A stretch of 48,517 nucleotides of DNA from Myxococcota bacterium (GTDB taxonomy: Bacteria; Myxococcota_C; UBA6777). The notes under the pieces are model-generated. The model worked only from the letters and a program-made list of their open reading frames with translations. It searched no databases and was not told where the DNA came from. How positions within the stretch are numbered: the first letter of the stretch is position 1; the number at the start of each line of letters is the position of its first letter. Shown piece by piece: positions 41,349 to 48,517 of this stretch. Where the stretch lies: contig JAKLKB010000044.1 in assembly GCA_023150835.1 (NCBI GenBank), positions 1 through 48,517 of the forward strand. The letters run 5' to 3'. The position numbers and the translations under genes are program-made.

Positions 41349-42278
41349 ATGCCTGCGAAACCACGCTCCACCACAGCCAAAGCAACCAAACCCTCCGCAA
41401 CCTCGCCAACCCCCAAAGAGACCAAACCCTCCACAGTCTCAGTTCAACCTCCTCCCATGTCTCCCCATACACCGCAGATCCGTGTTCCGTTGGCGTCCAC
41501 GTTTCACCCCAAAAAACTCGATCGTACTCCCGAGCGCGTGCTGCGGTTCTTGCGCAGCCTCAACCAATGGCCCGCGCTCATGCAACAACTCGTACTCGCA
41601 GGCTATTCTGAAGAAGAACACGAATACGCATGGGAGCTTTTGCATCAAATCTCAGCCTATCGCAAACCCTCCCGCGCTGTTGCAGAAGACCAAAAACAAG
41701 CGGTTGCTCAACTCGATGCGTGGGACGAGCCCAACTTTCGCCGCGCAAGTGCTGCCCTCAAGTACCGTTATCCCGATCAGCACGCTTTTTTGTTTCAGGA
41801 TCTCAAAGCCGAACAAGGTGATCGCGCCATCCTTTCGGTGCGAACCTTTTTGGATCGTGTGGAGATCCTCGAAAAAGGCATCGACCCAAGGCGCAAGCAC
41901 ACCATCCTCGACGACCAAGCCGCCGCTGCTTTGTTGCACCAACGCAAGATCCTCTCCAAAGAGATCCTCACCACGCTCCGCGAATGGCTCAATGCTGCGC
42001 AAAGCCTACCCGACATCGATCCGCTCATCCAAGCTGAACAACACAAGGCCGCACAACAACAGATCCTTACACAACTCGCTATCTGGTACGAAGAATGGAG
42101 CGAAACCGCCCGCACTCTTCCACTCCGCCGCAGTTATCGGATCTCCTTGGGCATCGCCAAACGACGCCCGTCCACAACCACCCCCGACAGCACAGACGAT
42201 ACCGACGAAGACGACAACGAAGATACCGAAGACGACAACAACGAAAGCGACACTCCAGAAGCCCCAGAAAAAGGCTAG
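41349..42278 (+). CDS. Hypothetical alpha-helical protein with Pro/Thr-rich N-terminus and acidic tail
   Basis: 309 codons with AAGGA RBS; core includes LDAWDEPNFRRASAAL and WYEEWSETAR; no family recognised. Confidence 0.8.
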   Translation: MPAKPRSTTAKATKPSATSPTPKETKPSTVSVQPPPMSPHTPQIRVPLASTFHPKKLDRTPERVLRFLRSLNQWPALMQQLVLAGYSEEEHEYAWELLHQISAYRKPSRAVAEDQKQAVAQLDAWDEPNFRRASAALKYRYPDQHAFLFQDLKAEQGDRAILSVRTFLDRVEILEKGIDPRRKHTILDDQAAAALLHQRKILSKEILTTLREWLNAAQSLPDIDPLIQAEQHKAAQQQILTQLAIWYEEWSETARTLPLRRSYRISLGIAKRRPSTTTPDSTDDTDEDDNEDTEDDNNESDTPEAPEKG

Positions 42279-42281
42279 ACG

Positions 42282-42539
42282 TTATCGCAGGATATAAAAT
42301 CCCAACAACAACGAGAGCAACAACCCGTACACCAGCACCTTCCAAAAGAGGTGCGCTTCCTCCAGTTCCATAAAAAAGTGACCAATTCCCCAAAACTTCG
42401 CTCCCATCAACAACAACACCCAACCTTGGGAACCGCTCGCTTGTCCGCCAGAGCGATCGCCCAACACAAAACTCGCCCATGTCATCAACAACAAACCAAG
42501 CCACACAAGATGCTCTTTATGAAACTTTTTTGCCTTCAT
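42282..42539 (-). CDS. Cytochrome c oxidase subunit IV-family / NorF-like small membrane protein
   Basis: Three TM segments, KFWGIGHFFMEL motif; follows the NorE-like gene. Confidence 0.75.
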   Translation of the reverse strand: MKAKKFHKEHLVWLGLLLMTWASFVLGDRSGGQASGSQGWVLLLMGAKFWGIGHFFMELEEAHLFWKVLVYGLLLSLLLGFYILR

Positions 42540-42575
42540 CCGATGCACTCCTTCGTCCGTTCTTGGGCAAAACTC

Positions 42576-43166
42576 TTACAAGATATACAAGACAGGAAAC
42601 AACAACACCCACACAAGGTCACACATGTGCCACCATGCGCTGCTGCCCTTGAGGCTGAGATCCTCCATCAAAAAAGCCTTCTCTTTCTGGATCTTCCACG
42701 CCATGTACATCAACAAAAACAACCCCACCACCACATGCGCTGCATGAAAAGCCGTCAACAGCCAATAAAAATCGAAAAACGCATTCACCCCCGTCGTAAA
42801 GCCGCCTGCGATCTTTTGGCTGTACTCGATACCTTTGATCACCAAAAACGCCCCACCGAGGACCATCCCCATCCACAAATACCGCAATGTCCGCCCTTTG
42901 TCGCCCACCTCAAATGCCCGATTCGCCAACGCGATCAAATAACCGCTGCTGATCAACGCAAACGTATTCAGTAAACCAAAATACACACTCAAGTGTTTTT
43001 GCGCCTCAACAAACACCTTGAGCTCACCTTTGCGGACGTACAAAAAGGCCAACAACGCTGCACCAAAAACCAACAGTTCCATGATGATAAAGATCCAGAT
43101 CATCAATCCACCCGGCGGATTGAGTGGATGCTCTTCTTCGTGCAATGCTTCCATCTTTTCGCTCAT
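42576..43166 (-). CDS. norE: Heme-copper oxidase subunit III-family protein, NorE-like
   Basis: PPGGLMIWIFIIMELLVF, NTFALISSG, KGIEY, FYWLLTAFHAAHV, WHMCDLVWVLLFPVLY; no subunit I/II genes adjacent. Confidence 0.75.
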   Translation of the reverse strand: MSEKMEALHEEEHPLNPPGGLMIWIFIIMELLVFGAALLAFLYVRKGELKVFVEAQKHLSVYFGLLNTFALISSGYLIALANRAFEVGDKGRTLRYLWMGMVLGGAFLVIKGIEYSQKIAGGFTTGVNAFFDFYWLLTAFHAAHVVVGLFLLMYMAWKIQKEKAFLMEDLSLKGSSAWWHMCDLVWVLLFPVLYIL

Positions 43167-43240
43167 CTCTCACCCCTTCACTGTGCTTTTTTCTTGCCCA
43201 TTTTTCGATACAAAAGGAATCAACGCATCGCGTGTAGCCA

Positions 43241-43269
43241 TCTATAGACTTAAGAGTCTATTAAGTCAA
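43241..43269 (-). promoter_or_regulatory. Sigma70 promoter with overlapping palindromic operator
   Basis: Minus-strand TTGACT-17 bp-TATAGA; palindrome ATAGACT-N4-AGTCTAT at 43244-43261. Confidence 0.7.
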
Positions 43270-43329
43270 GCCTCTTTTTGCATCACAACGAAACAAGCGA
43301 TCGAAACAGGCGGATGGGTAAACAACGGC

Positions 43330-43870
43330 ACGATATCCGAGAGCGGTGTACTCGAAATAGTCGATGCGCTCCGCTGTGGCAGTCCTGTTGTTGGGCAGTC
43401 ACGGGGGACTGCCCCTACATTTTTCGAATGCACCCGCTGCGAATTTCGGACAAGAATGCTCTTCAAAACCCCCCGTGTTCGCATCCGTCCAAGCGGCGCA
43501 GTCGTTGGTTTGAAAAGCCTACGTTCGTTCCGCCGATACGGGGTCAAGGGGCCTTCGGTCCCTTGCGGGGCGTGGGGCAGCGCCCCATAGGCGTTAGGTT
43601 AAGCGCTTGTTGGCCCCCCACCCCAGCCCTCCCCCGTGAACAGGGGAGGGAGCGAAAGTCGGAAGCAGCGGGGATGTTGTTTTTTCGTGACGCACGCTGT
43701 ATGCACGAGACCAACTTCCCCCCGTTCACGGGGGGATTGAGGGGGGGCCAACACCCAAAACGGCGATCATCCTCGACCCTCCGGTGTTTCCACCTTAACA
43801 AGGCGCGTATGGGGCAGCGCCCCACAAAACAAAAACAGTGAAACTTGCGGGGCGTGGGGCAGCACCCCAC
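43330..43870. repeat. Composite repeat cluster: degenerate C (43330-43449), B reverse (43469-43589), A (43585-43813), GGGGC..CCCC hairpins
   Basis: Direct comparison with other copies. Confidence 0.85.
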
Positions 43871-43901
43871 AAAAGAAAAAAGGACGAGAGGAGGGGGAAG
43901 A

Positions 43902-44834
43902 TTAACGCAGGGGGAGTTCGTGGGAAGCATCGAAGTGGACGAGTTTTTGGAAGGCGAGGAAGCGTTGTTGGATCTCGTCGGGGGTGAGGGAGATCAGGCG
44001 GTCACAGCTAAACTGTTCGACGACAAAAGAAGCCATGACGGAACCTGCGATCATGGCGCGTCGGAGGTGCAGTTCGTTGATCTCTTCGACATCAGCGAGA
44101 TAACCGAGAAGGCCGCCTGCGAAGGTATCGCCTGCGCCCGTGGGATCGCGGACATCTTCGAGGGGGAAGGCGGGAGCGGAGAAGATCATATCGCGATAAA
44201 ACAGCATTGCGCCATATTCACCGCGTTTGACGACGATGATCTGGGGTCCGCGTTCACGCAGCCAATGGACACCAGACAAGAGGCTGCGTTGGCCGCTGAG
44301 ATCTTTGAGTTCTTTTTCGTTGAGGAGGAAGAGATCGACGTGCTCCAAGACTTTCATCAAAGCCATGCGCTTGCCAGAGATCCAGAAGTTCATGGTGTCA
44401 CAAGCCACGAGACGGGGGGACTTGATCTGTTCCAAGACCTTGAGTTGAAGCTCGGGATCGATGTTGGCGAGCAAGACGGTTTTGGTTTCTCGGTAGCTTT
44501 CGGGGAGTTGGGGGGTAAAGTGTTCAAAGACGTTGAGTTGTGTATCGAGGGTGTGGGCTTGGTTCATGTCCTCGCCATAATAAACCCCCGTCCAATGAAA
44601 GGTTTTGCCTGTGGTGCGTTGAAGACCTTCGAGGTCGACACCGCGTTGTGCGAGGCGTTCAAGATGTTCTTGGGGAAAGTCTTCGCCGACGACGGCGACC
44701 ATCCGCACAGGAGCAAAGAAAGAGCTGCTCATGGAAAAGAAGTTTGCGCTGCCCCCGAGCACAAACTCGCGTTTCCCGTAGGGGGTTTCAACGGTATCAA
44801 AGGCCACAGAGCCTATCACCAAAAGATGAGACAT
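43902..44834 (-). CDS. PfkB-family carbohydrate/nucleoside kinase
   Basis: GSVAFD, LGGSA, DTMNFWI, NEKE, KRGEYGA, DPTGAGDTFAGG. Confidence 0.93.
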   Translation of the reverse strand: MSHLLVIGSVAFDTVETPYGKREFVLGGSANFFSMSSSFFAPVRMVAVVGEDFPQEHLERLAQRGVDLEGLQRTTGKTFHWTGVYYGEDMNQAHTLDTQLNVFEHFTPQLPESYRETKTVLLANIDPELQLKVLEQIKSPRLVACDTMNFWISGKRMALMKVLEHVDLFLLNEKELKDLSGQRSLLSGVHWLRERGPQIIVVKRGEYGAMLFYRDMIFSAPAFPLEDVRDPTGAGDTFAGGLLGYLADVEEINELHLRRAMIAGSVMASFVVEQFSCDRLISLTPDEIQQRFLAFQKLVHFDASHELPLR

Positions 44835-44935
44835 CAGGTCGTTCCCTTCGTTCTTTAAGCATCAAAGCTTTGTATCAAAGCAAGGGGTGGTATCGAGGCG
44901 AAGCTCAACGAGACCACCGATCCGCTCGGTTTTTT

Positions 44936-45808
44936 TTAGTTGCGTTGAAAGTATTTTTCCAAAAACAAACCGACCCGCGTCCACGTGTCTTGGGAGATCA
45001 GATCGGGGCGGGTCATGACGGCTCCGCGCAGCGCGTGGAAGGCGTCGCAATCTTCTTCTTTTCCGATGGGGATCAAGGGGATCACACGCCTGAGGACTTC
45101 TTGGACGTGTTCGGTGTTGGCTTTGACGTTTTCCATGACGGAAGCGACGTTGACGTGGTCTTCTTCGTGCCAGACGTCGTAGTCGGTGACAAGGCAGATG
45201 GCGGCATAGCACATCTCGGCTTCGCGGGCGAGTTTGGCTTCGGGAAGGGCGGTCATACCGATCAAACTGGCTCCCCAAGAGCGGTGCATCTCGGACTCTG
45301 CTTTGGTGCTAAACAGCGGGCCTTCCATGCAGACGTAAGTTCCGCCATCGTGGGTTTTGAGTCCTTCTTGTTGCCAGCAGGCTTCCAACAAGAGGCGTCG
45401 AAGTGTCGGATGGAAGGGATAGCTAAAGCCCACATGCACCGCCAGATCGTCGAAAAAAGTGTCGGGTCGATGGCGCGTGCGATCGATGATCTGGTCGGGG
45501 ATCACAAAGTCACGAGGAGCCATCTCCTTTCGCAGTGACCCGACCGCAGAGACCGCCAAGGTCCAAAAAACGCCAAGCGAGCGCAAGGCCCAGATGTTGG
45601 CGCGTACAGGTACGTTGGTGGGATTGAAGGTATGCCCTCGCCCGTGGCGCGGGATAAAGGCGACTTTGCGATCCCCGATCTGACCGATGATCACCTTGTC
45701 AGAAGGCCGACCATAAGGCGTTTCGACTTCGCGTTCTTCGAGGACTTGCATCCCCTTCATTTGATATAGGCCGCTGCCTCCGATGATTCCGATCTTGATA
45801 TCACTCAT
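44936..45808 (-). CDS. mtnP: S-methyl-5'-thioadenosine phosphorylase
   Basis: IGIIGGSGLY, TPYG, RHGRGH, ANIWAL, SAVGSL, MEGPLFSTKAES, GMTALPEAKLAREAE, VTDYD. Confidence 0.93.
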   Translation of the reverse strand: MSDIKIGIIGGSGLYQMKGMQVLEEREVETPYGRPSDKVIIGQIGDRKVAFIPRHGRGHTFNPTNVPVRANIWALRSLGVFWTLAVSAVGSLRKEMAPRDFVIPDQIIDRTRHRPDTFFDDLAVHVGFSYPFHPTLRRLLLEACWQQEGLKTHDGGTYVCMEGPLFSTKAESEMHRSWGASLIGMTALPEAKLAREAEMCYAAICLVTDYDVWHEEDHVNVASVMENVKANTEHVQEVLRRVIPLIPIGKEEDCDAFHALRGAVMTRPDLISQDTWTRVGLFLEKYFQRN

Positions 45809-46032
45809 GGATCGCTTATTTCCTCCTTGACACCGAGAGAAAGACGATGACCCCAAAAAACCATCACACGCGCCTGTGTTGCTCCGCATGACGAACAAAC
45901 CGAACGGTCTTAATCAATCCCTCCAGTCGCGTCAATAACCAAAACAACAAACAGAAGATCCGCCCTTGCAATGCGCTGGCTTTTGCGCTTCCGTTGTTGT
46001 GTTCTCTTTCATTTGTGTCAAAAGGAGCGTGT

Positions 46033-47766
46033 ATGCAAAAAAGGCGAAGGCAACGAGGCTTTACGTTAATCGAGTTGATGATCGTGGTGGTGATCATGTC
46101 CATCATCGGGGCGACGTTTGTAGGGATGGCGATGCGGATGCGCACGAAAAAAAAGACTCAACAAAGCGGCCCATCGATCGCGGCCCGTCGTGCGGTCGCG
46201 CAAACGCCGTTGCAAGTGCAACGCTTGCAGGCCGATGAACACGGGGCTTTGCGGCTTGGTGCGTTGGTGCAGTCCGTGACCTCTTCGGTGGTGGATGCTC
46301 GTCTACACGTCGACTATCTGTTGGATAATGGACGGATCATCCCTGTGTATCAAGCGAACTTTGAAGCGACGTACCATCTCAGAAACCCTGAAGCGACGGT
46401 ACTTTTGGCGCGTGTCCTGTTTCCTTTTCCAAAAGGCGCAGGGACTTTTTCAGCGCTTCACTTCCAAGTGGCCCGAGCAGGGGCCGATTGCGCACCTTCG
46501 GCGACATCACGCCCAGCCAAGGGGCGCACAAAGCCATCTGCGGCTCCCGTCCTCACGCAGTCGGAGTCGCTGCGTTGTACTCTTCAAGAACCCCAACACA
46601 ACCTTGATATGGGTACACACGGCATCGCGTGGCGTTATGCGTTTGCTCCCCAAGAAGAGATCCGCGTGGTGGTACGTTATCGGGTGCGCGGGCGAGATCA
46701 GTATCAATACCAGATCGCCGCAGGCAAAAAGCGCCGATTTCAATTCAAGATGCACATCGCAGGCGTCGATCCGCTGATCCCGCCGTCTGCGCTTCAACCT
46801 TCGCAGACACAACGGCTGCTTGAACCCCAACACCATCTGATCACGTGGGACTTTCGCGACTTTATCACCAGCGAATCCATCGAGATCCGCTTTCCTCCTG
46901 AATACGCCAAGTTCCACCGTTTCTCTCTGCTCGGTCGGTTGGCATGGATCGCCTTGTTGCTGTTTGCGATCTTCTTTTGGTACTTCGGAGAACGCGAACG
47001 CCCCGAAGCTTTGCGCTCCAACAACCTAACACGCCTCAACATCGCTCTTGTGGGCATCGGTTTTGTCTCGTTCTTTCCGCTGTTTTTGTACCTTGAAGAT
47101 CATCTCACGATGCGATGGGCCTTTTGGCTGGGTCTTGGTTGCGCAACAACGCTCACCACCATCCACGTCGCGCTGTTTATGGGCCTGCGATGGACGCTTT
47201 GGCGCTCTTTGCCCCTACAGCTTTTGATCACGCTGAGCTTTACAGCAGCGATCCTGTTCCCCGCTTACCGCACGCTGATCTTGACCGTCGCATCGCTGTT
47301 TTTGACGGTCGCACTGATCGCCGTCAACGCACGCTACCAACGCGAAGCCCGCACCAAAGCTCTCCTCGAAGAAGAAGCTCGTCAACAGCAAGAAGCCAAG
47401 CAAAAGCGCGAAGAAGAAGAGCGCCTCCGCCTCCGTGAACGCGAACGCCTCCGCCTTGAACAGATAGCCTCCGTGTCCCCTTCTCCTACAACATCCGCCC
47501 CCTCCACCCCTCCACCACCGCCGCTGATCGCAGAAGCCCCTTCTCACCGCCATTGTATGTATTGCAACGCCGCCGTCGACGCGCATCACAAACATTGCTA
47601 CGCTTGCGGCTGCTTTCTCCAACGCGACTACAACTGCCCTTCTTGCGGTACGCTTTATTGGTATCCCGCTGTCTCTTCATTCCGCTTTTGCCGCACCTGC
47701 GGGAAAAATATCTACCCGCCCAAAGATCCCACCCCTTCGCTCTCCACAGACTTCACTTCCGCTTGA
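46033..47766 (+). CDS. Prepilin-type leader fused to a CreD-like polytopic membrane protein with C-terminal double zinc ribbon
   Basis: RG|FTLIELMIVVVI class III signal, beta-rich domain, about 6 TM segments, charged coiled coil, and CMYC, CYAC, CPSC, CRTC; AAGGAG RBS. CreD similarity judged by eye. Confidence 0.75.
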   Translation: MQKRRRQRGFTLIELMIVVVIMSIIGATFVGMAMRMRTKKKTQQSGPSIAARRAVAQTPLQVQRLQADEHGALRLGALVQSVTSSVVDARLHVDYLLDNGRIIPVYQANFEATYHLRNPEATVLLARVLFPFPKGAGTFSALHFQVARAGADCAPSATSRPAKGRTKPSAAPVLTQSESLRCTLQEPQHNLDMGTHGIAWRYAFAPQEEIRVVVRYRVRGRDQYQYQIAAGKKRRFQFKMHIAGVDPLIPPSALQPSQTQRLLEPQHHLITWDFRDFITSESIEIRFPPEYAKFHRFSLLGRLAWIALLLFAIFFWYFGERERPEALRSNNLTRLNIALVGIGFVSFFPLFLYLEDHLTMRWAFWLGLGCATTLTTIHVALFMGLRWTLWRSLPLQLLITLSFTAAILFPAYRTLILTVASLFLTVALIAVNARYQREARTKALLEEEARQQQEAKQKREEEERLRLRERERLRLEQIASVSPSPTTSAPSTPPPPPLIAEAPSHRHCMYCNAAVDAHHKHCYACGCFLQRDYNCPSCGTLYWYPAVSSFRFCRTCGKNIYPPKDPTPSLSTDFTSA

Positions 47767-47780
47767 CTGGACGGGGTTTT

Positions 47781-48054
47781 GTGGGGTTTTACCCCACACC
47801 CCACCATAGAGCTTTGCCCCCTTGCCCCCGTGTTGGCGGGGCGAACAGACGTTTTTCAAACCCACAGCAGCACCGCTTGTAGTGCCGCGAACACGGCTTT
47901 TTATGGACTGTTGTGGCACTCCTATCCGCCATCTACGGCACTCCTTATACGATATCCGAGTGATGTATCCACAAAGGAGAACACGTAGACGCCCGGTTGT
48001 TGGGCAGCCACTGCCCCTACATTTTTACGATCACGCAACGGGCGGATTTCGTAT
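47781..48054 (+). repeat. Repeat family B (47781-47897) and family C (47947-48054)
   Basis: GTGGGG..CCCCACACCCC..GCGAACACGG; ATACGATATCCG..GCCCCTAC..CGGATTTCGTAT. Confidence 0.85.
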
Positions 48055-48152
48055 TATTCGCCATCAAGGAACAAGCCCCGCACCCTTGCGATGGCTAAAC
48101 CTTCATCAAAGAAACGAAAATCAAATTGTTCTTGTGCGTTCCGAATTTTCTG

Positions 48153-48181
48153 TTGACAGCCGCGATCCCCTATGCTATACC
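48153..48181 (+). promoter_or_regulatory. Sigma70 promoter of the tRNA gene
   Basis: TTGACA-17 bp-(TGc)TATACC, 12 bp before the tRNA. Confidence 0.8.
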
Positions 48182-48193
48182 AACCAACGCTTC

Positions 48194-48277
48194 GCCTCGG
48201 TGGCGGAACCGGTAGACGCGGTGGACTCAAAATCCATTGGTAGTGATATCGTGGGGGTTCGAGTCCCCCCTGAGGCA
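48194..48277 (+). tRNA. tRNA-Leu (anticodon CAA)
   Basis: Acceptor GCCTCGG/CTGAGGC, D-loop GG, anticodon arm GTGGA-CTCAAAA-TCCAT, long variable arm, GGTTCGAGTCCC; CCA not encoded. Confidence 0.96.
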
Positions 48278-48282
48278 CAACG

Positions 48283-48318
48283 AAAGCTCTAGGATGATCA
48301 CATCCTAGGGCTTTTTTT
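48283..48318 (+). terminator. Intrinsic terminator
   Basis: AAAGCTCTAGGATG-ATCA-CATCCTAGGGCTTT hairpin followed by a T run. Confidence 0.85.
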
Positions 48319-48517
48319 GTTTCTGCACGCTTTCAAACGTGTTTTGTTTCTGCACGCTTTCAAACGTGTGGGTAGCTGGTGGGTAGTTTTTAAGAACTTG
48401 CATCTTTCCCCCCGACCACCCGAAGAATTGGCTTTTGTGCTGGCCTGTATATGCGTTCGATCTCCTCGGCGTGTTCGTCGGAAACGATATGCCCGTAAGT
48501 GTCGACAATCAACTTGA

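Noticed and set aside
48194-48517. Prophage or island attachment at tRNA-Leu
   Set aside because: No integrase and no duplicated tRNA 3' end in the window; only a short 24-bp duplication at about 48316-48369

Overview
Bacterial chromosomal segment, moderately GC-rich by eye. Accessory genes (a Cys-rich GIDDDCDG lipoprotein, an RNI-like LRR protein) suggest a Myxococcota/deltaproteobacterial host, but this is inference only. The left third is a divergent nucleotide-biosynthesis supercluster. Its minus arm is purN-pyrE-pyrF-purF-guaA-guaB-purD-purA. Its plus arm is a PurO-like IMP cyclohydrolase, a stand-alone AICAR transformylase, purC and purM. An FGE-domain lipoprotein gene separates the two arms. 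GuaB (IMPDH) carries a 381-aa intein in the catalytic loop whose LAGLIDADG motifs have lost their acidic residues. The middle has two orphan histidine kinases, an M28/PA/PDZ peptidase, a Tat-type (clade I-like) nitrous oxide reductase operon nosZ-R-D-F-Y-L plus a cytochrome c gene behind a perfect FNR/DNR box, and a class II ribonucleotide reductase with tandem NrdR boxes. The right part has a chorismate mutase/DAHP synthase tightly coupled to a Cys-rich U32-family gene, an LRR gene, a secreted hypothetical, and inverted 21-bp phased arrays before a hypothetical gene. It ends with a norE/norF-like pair, mtnP-pfkB, a prepilin-leader/CreD-like membrane fusion and tRNA-Leu(CAA). Intergenic spaces hold three families of non-autonomous MITE/REP-like repeats. 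No transposase, integrase, cas gene or CRISPR array was seen. The best candidates for new biology are the prephenate-supply/U32 operon, the IMPDH intein, the inverted 21-bp arrays with their gene, and the clade I nos operon in this host. All family calls come from motif recognition by eye; no searches were run.
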